A stretch of 64,000 bases of DNA from Mobula birostris. Taxonomy: Eukaryota. The notes under the pieces are model-generated. The model had not been told where the DNA came from. It made no database searches and saw only the letters and a list, made by a program, of their open reading frames with translations. Location of the stretch: contig NC_092384.1 of assembly GCF_030028105.1 (NCBI RefSeq), positions 3,701,665-3,765,664 on the forward strand, read 5' to 3'. The first letter of the stretch is position 1, and each line of letters starts with the position of its first letter. The position numbers and the translations under genes are program-made. This document shows, piece by piece, positions 12,138 to 24,129 of the stretch.

Positions 12138-13476
12138 CAGTGCCATGCAAAAGTTTTGGCACCCCGGTCAAAATTTCTGTTACTGTGCATAACTAAGCGA
12201 GTTAAAGATGACACATTTATTTAAAATTTAAACAGGATTACTTTTTCATTTCCATCGTTTGCAGTTTCAAAATAACAAAAAAAGAAAAGGTCCCGAAATA
12301 AAAGTTTGGGCACCCTGCATGGTCAGTACATAGAAACACCCTCTTTGGTAAGTATCACAGCTCGTAATCGCTTTTTGTAGCCAGCTAAGTGTCCTTCCAT
12401 TGTTGGGGTGATTTTCGCCAATTCTCCATGCAAAAGGCTTGTAGTTCTGTGAGATTCTTGGGCAATCTTGAACACACTGCTCCTTTGAGGTCTATCCATA
12501 AATTTTCGATGATGTTAAGGTCGGGGGACTGTAAGGACCATGGCAAAACTTTCAGCTTGCGCCTCTTGAGGTAGTCCGTTCTGGATTTTAATGTGTGTTT
12601 AAGATCATTATCCTGTTGTAGAAACCATCCTCTTTTCCTCTTCTGCTTTTTTGCAGACGGGGTGATGTTTGCTTCCATTATTTGCTGGTATTTAATTGAA
12701 TTCGTTCTTCCCTCTACTAGTGAAATCCTTCCCGTGCCCCCGGCTGCAACACAAGCTCAAAGCATGATCGATCCACCCCCGTGCTTAACAGTTGGGAGAG
12801 GTGTTCTTTTCATGAAATTCTCCACACGTTTTTCCCAAGCATACCTTTGCTTATTGTGGCCATAAAGTTCTATTTTAACTTCATCAGTCGACAGAACTTA
12901 TTTTCAAAATGCATCAGGCTTGTTTAGATGTTACTTTTCAAATGTGTGACGCTGACGTTTGTGGTGAGGATGCCGGAAAGGTTTTGGAGAACAAAGGATG
13001 TAGAATTGGATGAACAGTACCCCTCTCCAACTGTTAAGCGCGGGGTTGGACTAATCATGTTTTGGGCTTGTGTTGCAGCCAGTGACACAGGGAACATTTC
13101 ACTTGTAGAGGGAAGAATGAATTCAATTAATACCAGCAATTTCAGGAAGCAAACATCACACCGTCTGTAAAGAAGCTGAAGATAAAAAGAGAATGGCTTC
13201 TACAACAGGACAATGATACAGGGACTAAGGATCGATTAAAAAGAATCGATCTGTGATTATTAGTGCATGAAAGAGCGACCCTGTGAAGTCTACCAGTGTG
13301 TCTAACACTTGCCTGGTTTGGTAGATTATCACTTGAAGACGGCGCTCTGAAGTTGGTCACGTTTGGCCAACTTGGAAGTTTGGGAGGACATCGAAGAGGA
13401 TCGACGACGCCTGTCTACTTGGATTACGAGTCTCTCTGTCTCTCTCTGTCTCTCTCTGTCTCTCTCTGTCTCTGTC

Positions 13477-13515
<39 letters not shown>

Positions 13516-14030
13516 AATCCCGTGGACAGAACTGAATATCCTTACCACACTATCGTAAGACTGTATCAATTACCATCTAAGTTTGAAGAAGTTTGGGTTT
13601 TGTATTTAAACACCTATATATGAATAAACTCTGCTAACCTGTTTGATTTTCTGGCTTTATGTTACTCTATTACATAGCTACTAATACAATAGTGTTAGTT
13701 AACAGCAAAACCACACTCCAGGTGTCTTCCATTTTGCTGGTTCTTTTAAGCACGTTACGGGGTATGTAACTGTGGATAGCCCGCAAAAGAGCAGTGGATG
13801 CAAGACGGCCCAAGAATCATACAGAGCTAGAAGCCTTTTGCACAGAAGAATGGGCGGAAATCCCCCAAACAAGAATGGAAAGACTTTTAGCTGTCTGCAA
13901 AAAGCGTTTACAAGCTGTGATACTTGCCGAAGGGGGTGTTACTAAGTACTGACCAAGCAGGGTGGCCAATCTTTTGTTTCAGGCCCTTTTGTTATTTGGA
14001 AACTGTAAAAGATGGAAATAAAAATGTAAT
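12138..14030. mobile_element. Rearranged Tc1 fragments in both orientations
   Basis: TIR at 12138. A reverse-strand fragment reads FLQQDNDLKH...WSLQSPDLNIIENLW (12385-12678), and forward-strand fragments lie at 12960-13220 and 13790-14030. Confidence 0.8.
13431..13513. repeat. (TC)n/(TCTCTG)n microsatellite
   Basis: Direct reading. Confidence 0.95.
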
Positions 14031-14049
14031 ACTATTACAGCTACAGAAA

Positions 14050-16665
14050 GTGTGGGTAATGAAGCAGGATCTTCTTTTGAGTCAGTATGGGTGGAAGACA
14101 GGAACAGGAAGGAAGCAGTTACTCTATTGGGGGTATTCTACAGGCCCCCTGGTAGCAGCAGAGACACAGAGGAGCAGATTGGGTGACGGATTTTGGAAAG
14201 GTGCAAATATAACAGTGTTGTTGTCATGGGTGACTTTAACTTCCATAATATTGATTGGCACCTGATTAGGTTCAAGGGTTTATATGGGACAGAGTTTGGT
14301 AAATGTGTCCAGGACGGATTCCTGTCACAGTATGTGGACACGCCGACTAGGGGAAATGCCATACTAGATCTATTACAAGGTAATGAACAGGATCAGGTCA
14401 CAGAACTCTCAGTGGGTGAGCACTTGGGGGACAGTGACCACCACTCCCTGGCCGTTAGCATTATCATACAAAAGGATTGAATCAGAGAGGACAGTTTTTT
14501 TTTTAATTGGGGAAGGGCAAATTATGAGGCTAGAAGGCCAGAACCTGCTGGTGTGAATTGTGAAGATGTTTTTGAAGGGAAATATACCATGGACATGTGG
14601 TCGATGTTTAGAGATCTCTTGGAAGACGTGAGGGATAAGCATGTCCCGGTGAGGAAGATAAAGAATGGTAGGATGAAGTAACCATGGGTCACAAGTGCGG
14701 TGGAATATCTAGTCAGGTGGAAGAAGGCAGCATACATGAGGTTTAGGAAGCAAGGATCAGATGGGTCTATTGGGGAATATAGGGATTCAAGAAAGGAGCT
14801 TAGGAAGGGGCTGAGAAGAGCAAGAAGGGGGCATGAGAAGGCCTTGGCGAGTACGGTAAAGGAAAACCCCAAGACATTCTTCAATTATGTGAAGAACAAA
14901 AGCACGACAGGAGTGAAGGTAGGACCGATTAGAGATAAAAGTGCGAAGATGTGCCTGGAGGGTGTGGAAGTGAGCAAGGTCCTCAATGAATACTTTTCTT
15001 CGGTACTCACCAATGAGAGGGAATTTGATGATGGAGAGGACAATATGAGTGAGGTTGATGTTCTTGAGCATGCTGATATTAAGGGAGAGGATGTGTTGGA
15101 ACTGTTAAAATACATTAGGACGGATAAGTCCCCGGGGTCTGACGGAATATTCCCCCAGGCTGCTCCGCTAGGCAAGGGAGGAGATTACTGAGCCTCTGGC
15201 TAGGATCTTTATGTCCTCGTTGTCCACGGGGATGGTACCGGAGGTCTGGAGGGTGGCGAATATTGCCTCCTTGTTCAAAAAAGGTAGTAGGGATAGTCCG
15301 GGTAATTATAGACCAGTGAGCCTTGCGTCTGCTGTGGGAAATCTGTTGGAAAAGATTCTTCGAGATAGGATCTATGGGCATTTAGAGAATCATGGTCTGA
15401 TCAGGGACAGTCAGCATGGCTTTGTGAAGGGCAGATCGTGTCTAGCAAGCCTGATAATGTTCTTTGAGGAGGTGACCAGGCATATAGATGAAGGAAGTGC
15501 AGTGGATGTGATCTATATGAATTTTAGTAAGGCATTTGAAAAAAGTACCACACGGTACCTTCAGAAAGTCAGAAGGAATGGGATCCAGGGAAGTTTGGCC
15601 AGGTGGATTCAGAATTTGCTTGCCTGCATAGGGTAGAGGGTCGTGGTGGAGGGAGTACATTCAGATTGGAGGATTGTGACTAGTGGTGTCCCACAAGCAT
15701 CTGTTCTGTGATCTGTACCTTTCGTGATTTTTATTAACGAACTGGATGTGGGGTTAAAAGGGTGGGTTGGCAATTTTGCAGACGACACAAAGGTTGGTGG
15801 TGTTGTACATAGTGTAGAGGATTGTCGAAGATTGCAGACAGACATTGATATGATGCAGAAGTGGGCTGAGAAGTGGCAGATGGAATTCACTCCGTAGAAG
15901 TGTGAGGTGGTACACTTTGGAAAGATAAACTCCAAGGCAGCGTACAAAGTGAATGGCAGGATGCTTGGTAGTGTGGGGGAGCAGAGACATCTTTGGCACA
16001 TGTCCACAAATTCCTGCAGGTTGCATCACTTGTGGATAGGGTAGTGAAGAAAGTTTATGGGGTGTTAGCTTTCATAAGTCGAGGGATAGAGTTTAAGAGT
16101 CGCGATGTAATGATGCAGCTCTATAAAACTCTGGTTAGGCCACACTTGGAGTACTGTGTCCAGTTCTGGTCGCCTCACTATAGGAAGGATGTGGAAACAT
16201 TGGAAAGGGTGCAGAGGAGAATTACCAGGATGCTGCCTGGTTTAGAGAGTATGCATTATGATCAGAGATTGAGGGAGCTAGGACTTTACTCTTTGCAGAG
16301 AAGGAGGATGAGAGGAGACATGATAGAGCTGTACAAGGTAATAAGAGGAATAGATAGAGTGGATAGCCAGCTCCTCTTCTCCAGGGCACCACTGCTCAAT
16401 ACATGAGGACATGGCTTTAAGGTAAGGGGTGGGAAGTTCAAGGGGGGTATTAGAGGAAGGTTTTTTATTCAGCGAGTGGTTGGTGTATGGAATGCACTCC
16501 CTGAGTCAGTAGTGGGGGCAGATACACTAGTGAAGTTTAAGAACGTACTAGACAGTTATATGGAGGAATTTAAGTTGGGGGGTTATATTGGAGGCAGGGT
16601 TTGAGGATCGGCACAACATTGTGGGCCGAAGGGTCTGTACTATTCTATGCTATATGTTCTATGTA
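14050..16665 (+). mobile_element. CR1-type LINE, decayed ORF2 through 3' UTR
   Basis: Endonuclease motifs (VMGDFNF, SDH) and RT motifs (PGNYRPVSL, SQHGF, VDVIYMNFSKAF, LVRPHLEYCVQFWSP), broken by frameshifts. Confidence 0.92.
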
Positions 16666-16784
16666 ATCTTGCTTAAAATATTAAAGAAGTGTGTCATCTT
16701 TAATTTTATTCCCTTATGGTAACCAGGTAATCTATTACTCGCTCTGCTATTCACATAACAGAAATTTTGGCCGGGGTGCACTCG

Positions 16785-18043
16785 CTGTTAGGGCTATGGC
16801 TTGTCGCAATCATCGTTAGCAAACGCAAGGTGATGCAAATTTCAAAGCTTCATAAATGCCCTGACTACTCAATCCCTGTGCCAACAAAAGCATCCATGGG
16901 CTCCTATAAGCAGCGACCTAGCACTCTGAAAATTAAATTAAATGACGCCCAGAAAGCTGGAGAAGGGAAGGCTATAAGAAGATAGCGAAGCGTTTTCGGG
17001 TAGCTGTTTCCTCAGCCTGTAATGTAATTAGGAAATGACAGTTAACAGGTACAGTGGAGGTCAAATTAAGGTCTGGAAGACCAAGAAAACTTTCCAAGAG
17101 AACTGCTCGTAGGTTTGTTAGAAAGGCAAATCAACACTCACGTTTGACTTCAAAAGACGTTCAGGAAGATTTAGCAGACTCTAGTGGTGGTACACTGTTC
17201 TACTGTGCAGCGATATCTGCACAAATATAACCTTCATGGAGGAGTTATCAGAAGAAAACGTTTCCTGCGTCCTCACCATAAAAGTCAGCATCAGACGTTT
17301 GCAAAGTAACATCTAAACTAGCCTGATGCATTTTGAATACAAGTCCTGTGGACTGATGAAGTTAAGATAGGACTTTTTGGCCGCAATAAGCAAAGGTATA
17401 TTTAGAGTAAAAAAAAAAGGTGAGAAATTTCCTGAAAGAAACATCTCTCCCACTGTTAAGCACGGGGTGGATTGATCATGATTTGAGCTTGTGTTGCAGC
17501 CAGCGGCACGGAGACCATTACACCGGTAGAGGGAGGAATGAATTCAATTACATACCAGCAAATTCCGGAAGCAAACATCACACAGTCTGTAAAAAAGCTG
17601 AAGATGGAAAGAGGATGACTTCTACAACAGGATAATGATCCTGAATACACTTGAAAGTCCTCAATGGACTGCCTCAAGAGGCGCAACTGAGGATATCGTC
17701 ATGGCCCTCACAGTCCCCTGACATAAACATCATTGAAATTCAAAAGAGCAGTGCATGCAAGACGGCCCAAGAATCTCACAGAACTAGATACCTGCCAAAG
17801 TGGTTGTTACTAAGTACTGACAGGCAGGGTGCCCAAACTTTTGCTTCGGGCCCTTTTCCTTTGTTTTTTTTGGTATTTTCAATCTGTAAAAGATGGAAAT
17901 AAAAAAGTAAGCATGCTTAAAATATTAAAGAAATGCGTCATCTTTAACTTTACGTCTTTTCGAAATCAGGTCATCTTTTACTCGCGTATTCACAGTAACA
18001 GAAATTTTGAACAGGGATGCCCAAACATTTGCATGCCACTGTA
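16785..18043 (+). mobile_element. Tc1/mariner body and right TIR, decayed transposase
   Basis: HTH-region fragments, QQDNDP-like and WPSQSPDINIIE motifs, ending TTTGCATGCCACTG|TA. Confidence 0.85.
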
Positions 18044-18260
18044 TATATAGGCGAATACACGAGCTCACCAACTGTTTGGGAAAATCAGACGGACTGTTTT
18101 TTTTTTCTGTATACATTTATATCTTCCAATTTCCGTCAAGTAATCATGCGTTTCACAGGAATACAATGCACTGAAGGTACGATTAATCTTGTTTTCTGAT
18201 CCACAGTGTGTTGGTTATTGCAGAGTTAATTGAAATATAAAAAAAAATTGTTTTTCTCAG

Positions 18261-18377
18261 GCTTCCGAAATTCAGGATATCGGCAGTCCTTCTTATGCAG
18301 ATCTAGACTTTAGAAGGGATAATAAAAACAAGGAAGTCAGATCTGAAGCCGAACTCACTAATGCACTGGTAAGATAA
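18261..18377 (+). CDS. Gene 1 terminal cytoplasmic exon (Cyt2) with ITIM-like YADL
   Basis: Acceptor TTTTTCTCAG|GCT, phase 0 matching Cyt1. Reads ASEIQDIGSPSYADLDFRRDNKNKEVRSEAELTNALVR* with TAA at 18375-18377. Confidence 0.8.
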   Translation, partial: ASEIQDIGSPSYADLDFRRDNKNKEVRSEAELTNALVR

Positions 18378-18563
18378 AAGAGAGAGTTCACCGCACAAAT
18401 CAGTTTTTCAAAGTACTGGATCAGCAGCTCTTTACCTCTAATTATTGTTTCCACAGATCATACAAGGAACTGAGGATAAATTGATGTATGCATGCGTGAA
18501 TCTCGCCGCTTCTCAGAAAAACGCAAGAAGAGTGCAGAAGACTCATGGGACCGAGTATGCAGG

Positions 18564-18569
18564 AATAAA
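18564..18569 (+). terminator. Candidate polyadenylation signal of gene 1 (paralog 37597-37602)
   Basis: AATAAA about 190 nt after the stop, conserved in the duplicate. Motif only. Confidence 0.35.
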
Positions 18570-19259
18570 GATAAAGGAAAAGGCGAGAAAGCTGGAGACG
18601 AAAAGAGCACCATATAGCGATTGATAACTGTATTACACGTTACTGGCCATCGTCGTGTCCCAAGATCAATCATACTCTGTTACTGTTTCGAAACAACTGT
18701 GGAGTAAGCACAGGATTTTAATGAGAAATCACCAACTCCAACAAAACAAAAAAGCTACGGTTAATGGACCATTGAATCGGAGATTGTATTCGGGACAGCA
18801 AGAATATAGAAACGAAATCCCTATTAGCAGGCTTGGGCCCGCATCACACGACACTTTCCTATGTAATCGCTAGTTCAAATACATTTTAAGTGTTGGCTGT
18901 ATCTGCCTCCACAACCTTCCGGGCAGCTCATTCCAAATAAACTACACCCTATTACTTAAATACACACTCTTCTTTTAAAACTCAACACCATCATTTCAAA
19001 CAGTTCCTCTCAAGTTCTGGACTCCCCTGCCGTAGTAAAATTGCACTGTCTGTCTGCATTACATGTGCCTCTCATACGTAAATTAACTGACACAAAATCA
19101 TCCTCAACTTCGTAATCCGAACCTATCCAACTGCTCCTTACAACAACATTTCACTATTTCAGGCATCATCTATGATTCTTTTCTGATATCTCACCACTGT
19201 TCCACGTCTTGCGGAGAATGTAAATCTTCAGAATACATTAGCTTATATTTTGTCCAGCT

Positions 19260-22200
19260 GCGAAATGACGTCGACACAAATTAAGCTGGACAAGTAGGTA
19301 GTGTTGAGGAAGCAATGCTATGCAGCAGGACTTAGACAAATTCGGAGAATGGGCAAAACAGTACAGTACTGGGAAATGATTGATAATGCATTTTCGTAAA
19401 AGGAACAATACTGCGGACTATAATCTAAATGGAGTGAAGGTTCAAACATGAGAGGTGCAAATAGATTTCGGAGTACTCGTGCAAGACTGCCACATTGAGT
19501 CTGTGGTAAAGAAGGCAAATGTCATTTATTTCACCGGAGTAGAATAAAAGAGCAAGGAGGTAATGCTGAATCTTTATGAAACTAGTCAGACCGCAGTTGG
19601 AAAATTGTCAATGTTTTTTTTGCCCAATATCTCCGAAAGCATGTGGTGTAATTGGAGAGAGTTTAGAGGGGATTCACGAGGATAAAGGGGATTAGATACG
19701 AAGAGCATTTGGCAGCTTTGGACCTGTACTCATGGAAAATTGGAAGAATGTGTATGTGTGGCGGGGGGCGGGGGAGGGAGCTGGCGTTGGTTGATTTCAT
19801 TGCAACCTACCGAATGTATGGTAATATGGAGAGGATGTTTCCTATGGTGGGGGTGTCCGGAACAAAAGGGCACAGCCTCAAAGATGAGGGACGACACTGT
19901 AGAACAGAAGTAAGGCGGATTTTTATTTTAGCCAGAGAGTAGTAAATCTGTGGAATTCTCTGCCACAGAATGGGGTGGAGGCCAAGTTCGGACAAACATT
20001 TAAGGCGGAAGTTAACCGTTTCCTGACCAGTCATGGCATCAATGGATATGGCGAGAATGCAGATGATTGCGGTTGAGTGTGATCCCGGATCAGCTATGCT
20101 GGAATGGCAGAGCAGACTCGATGGGCTTTATGGTCTAATTCTTTTCCTTTGTCTTATGGTGGGGATATGGATAACAAAATACAGCAGGAGGTGGAAAAGA
20201 CGTGTCTGAAAGGCAATGTCTTGATAATGGTTAGGGTTTTGAAGATGAAAGTGGTCTGGGAAACTAGGTCAATACTGGACATCAAGACAGAGAATTTGTA
20301 GAATGTCTAAAGAATAGCTTTTCACAACAGCTTGTCGGTGAGCCCACTAGGTGATCCGCTGCGCTGAACTGCATATTGTGCAATGGTGTGGAGGTGATAA
20401 GAGAGCTTACGGTTAAGGAGTCCTCAGGGATAAGTGATCACAATATGATGGACTTCACATTGAAATTTGAAGGGAAAAATAAAATCCAATGTGTCGGTAT
20501 TTCGGTGGAATAAAGGAAATTACAATGGCATGAGCGGGGTTCTGGCCGAAGTTGACTGGAAACGGACAATTGCAGGAAAGACAACAGATGAGCAATGGTT
20601 GGAGTATCTGAGGAAAATGAGGGAAGTGCAAAACATATACATCCCAAATAAGAAATTTTCAAGGGAAGGAGGACACTACCGTGGCTGACAAGTGCAGTCA
20701 GAGCCAAAGTAAAAACAAAAGAGAGTGTCTACAAGGAAGCCAGAGCTAGTGGGGAGATAGAGGATTGGGGAGCTCTTAAAAACTTGCAGAAGTAAACAAA
20801 GGTCGTTAGAAAGGAAACGATGTATTTTGAGAGGAAGCTGGCTACTAATATCAAAGAAGATACTCAGAGCTTTTTTAAGTATATAAAGAATAGAAGAGAG
20901 TCGAGCGTAGACATAAGACCAAAATAAAATGATACTGCAGATACTGTTATCAGAGATGCAGAGATGGCAGAGGAACTGAATGCACATTTTGCATCCGTCA
21001 TCACAGTGGGAGACGTCTGCAGTAAAGCGGCCATTCATGAGTGTCAGGGAACTGAAGTCTGTGCAGTGAGAATTACGAATGAGAAGTTGCTCAGGATGCG
21101 TAATGGTCTGTGGGTGGATAAACCTCCTGACCCCCTTGGAGTGCATCCTCGGGTTCTGAAAGAAGTAGTTGGAGAGCTTGCGGAAGCATTAGCAATGATC
21201 TTTCAAGAATTGGTAGATTCTGGCAGTGCACCAGAAAATTGCAAATGTCACTCTGCTATTTAAGAAGGATGGGAAGTAGTATAAAGGAAACTATAGACCT
21301 GCTAGCCTGACATCAGTGGTTGGAAAGTTGTTGGAATCAATTGTTAGGAATGAGATTACACAGCACCTGGAGACATCTGACAATATAAACCAAAGCCAGC
21401 ATGGTTTGCTAAAAGGAAAAATCTACCTAACAAACCAGCTGCATTTATTTTAGTACATTACAAGCAGGGTAGACAAAGGAGATGCAGTAGACGTGATGTA
21501 CTTGGATTTTCAGAAGGCCTTTGACAAGGTGCCACACGTGAGGCTGTTCAGCAAGGTAAGAGCCCATTGAATTATAGGGAACTTAATAGCGTCGGGGAAC
21601 ATTGGCTGGTCGGCAGAAAACAGAGAGTGGGAATAATGAGATCCTATTCTGGCTGGCAGCCAGTTACCAGTGGAGTTCTACAGTGGTCGGTATTGGGACC
21701 ACTGCTTTTTAAGATGTACGTCAATGATTTCGAATGCGGTATTAATGGATTGGCTGCTAAATTTGCCGATGAAACAAATGTAAGTGGAGGAGAGAGTGGT
21801 CTTGAAGAAATAAAGAGCTGCAGAGAGACTTAGATAGTTTAGAGGAATGAGCAAAGAAGTGACAAATGAAATACAATGTTGGAAAGTGTATGGTTATGCA
21901 CTTTGCTGGAAGAAATAAACGGGTTGTCTATTATTAAGAGATGGAAAGATTTCAAAATACAGAGATGCAAAGGGAGTTGGAAGTTCTTGTGCAAGGTACC
22001 CTAAGCGTTAACCTCCAGGTCGAGTCCGTTGTGAAGAAGGCAAATGCAACGTTGGCATTGCTATCTAGAGGTATCAAATATAAGAGCAGGGACGTGATGT
22101 TGAGGCTCTGAAATGCACTCGTGAGACCACACTTGTATTATTCTGTGCAGTTTTTCGGCTGCTTATTTTAGAAAGGATATGCTGACATTGGAGAGGGTTC

Positions 22201-22700
22201 AGAGAAGATTCACGAAATTGATTCTGGGAATGAAAGGTTTACCGTATGAGGACACGCTTTGGCAGCTCTAGGGCTGGATTCCCTGGAGTTCAGGAGAATG
22301 AGGGGGCATCTCACAGAAACATTCCGAATGTTAAAACGCCTGAACAGATTTGATATGGCAAACTTATTTCCAATGGTAGAGGACTCTAGGACAAGAGGGT
22401 ATAACTTCAGGATTGAAGGTCGTCCTTTTAGAACTGAGCTACGGAGAAATTACTTTAGTCAGAAGGTGGTAAATATGGAATTTGTTGCCATAATCGGCTG
22501 TGGAAGCCAGGTCATTGGCTGTATTTAAGGCAAAGATTGATAGGCCTTTGATTAGCCAAACCATCAAAGGGTATGGGGTGAAAACAGGAGAGTGGAGATG
22601 ACTGGACGAATTGCATCAGTCTATGATTTAATGGCGGAGCAGACTGGATGACCCTAATGACCTATATCTGCTCCTATATCGTATGGTCTTCTGGTCTTAT
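19260..22700 (+). mobile_element. Two stacked CR1 LINE fragments (3' piece 19260-20160; ORF2 to 3' end 20170-22700)
   Basis: RT fragments (YRPASLTSVVGK, LDFQKAFDKVP, KFADET) with many stops. Confidence 0.88.
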
Positions 22701-24129
22701 CTCAATACCATGTCCTATGAGCCAAACCTATCAAGTGCCTTCTTCACTACCCTGTTCTAGAGTTTCAGCATGTTCTAGCGTGGTATGGATTTGCAACACA
22801 AGATCAAACTTCTAACTTTCATTTGCTCTATTTTTCATACAAGAGGAATAATCCCAAAATGTAGATGTCAGAATTTTATGGCTATCTACCACTCCACGAA
22901 TTATATAATTAGGTATCCATGTTGCAATCGCAACTTGTCAATAGCAAACATCCCGAAAGAATAAAAATCATCCAGTTGTCAAGTTTGTCCACTATCAAGA
23001 AAACCATTTTAGATCCAGTTTGCTAACACGGTTTTTCTTCGTGCTTTAACATACCGGAACTGAGTACAATTTGAAATCTTGTCAAAAGTATTACAGGAGT
23101 TGATGTAAACTAATCTACTGCGTCGTTATATCCCATTTTCTAAGCTCCTTATATTACAGTGTGAACACTCTGCTGCACAGAACCGAGTCATTCGGCTCGT
23201 CTAGCTTACTCTATTGGCCACTGTTCACCCATGTCATCAGCAAATGTTCAAATTATTCTTCCGTGTCTCCAGGGAAAAGGAAATAAAATAACTGGTCGAC
23301 AATGTTTTATTTACTCGCAGTGTGCATATGCTGTAGAGAATAATTTGAAAGATCTAGTTTTGCAGGGATCTCTATATTTTCTTTCCGAATTTGAACACAT
23401 TTCACACCCTCCATTTATCAATATAGCCAGCATTTGTAAATTCGCCCATCGATGATCTGCGCTCATGATTTGTGCAATTTAGCAAGCAAAGTTTGGAATG
23501 CCAAACGTCCAGCAGTAATGTCTTATCCCATAGCGTTGTTATTTCTTCAAATAATTTCAGAATTTTCATATTGCATGCTCATCTGTGTACACAATTCGGG
23601 CTGTAAGCATATTATGAGCAAGAACCAATAGAAATAAGGCAAGTGCAAGCGGAGTAGACATTATTTTGACTGTGCCAGTGTTTAAAAAGGCTTTGGCTCA
23701 TCAGTCCTGGGCGAACTAACGTATCTGGTGAGTTTAGATACAGAGAATATAGACACTTACAGCATATTACAGGATTTTAGGCCCACAACGTCGTGCCGAC
23801 CATATAACCTACTCTAGAAACTGCCAAGAACTTCCCTGGCGCATAGCCCGCTATATTTCTAAGCTTCATGCACCTAACTAAAATGATGTAAAATGCCCTA
23901 TCGCATTCGCGTCCATCACCGTGGCCGGCAGTGCATTCCACCCACACCACTTTCTGTGAAAAGGTTACCCTGGGCATTCCTCACGGTACCTATTTCCAAG
24001 CACCTTAAAACTATGCCTCATCGTGTTAGCCATTTCAGCCCTGGGAAAATAGCTTTGGCTATTCACGATCAATACCCCTCATCAACTTTTTCTTCCTTCT
24101 TGTTTGTTCATTCCTCGCCTGCTAGGACA

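Noticed and set aside
18458-18873. ORFs in the 3' flank shared with 37518-38011
   Set aside because: The similarity reflects the segmental duplication. Frames and lengths differ between copies and no domain is recognisable.
23250-23345. Possible extra exon after CTCCAG at about 23271
   Set aside because: There is no convincing donor, no recognisable motif and no conservation in the duplicated block.
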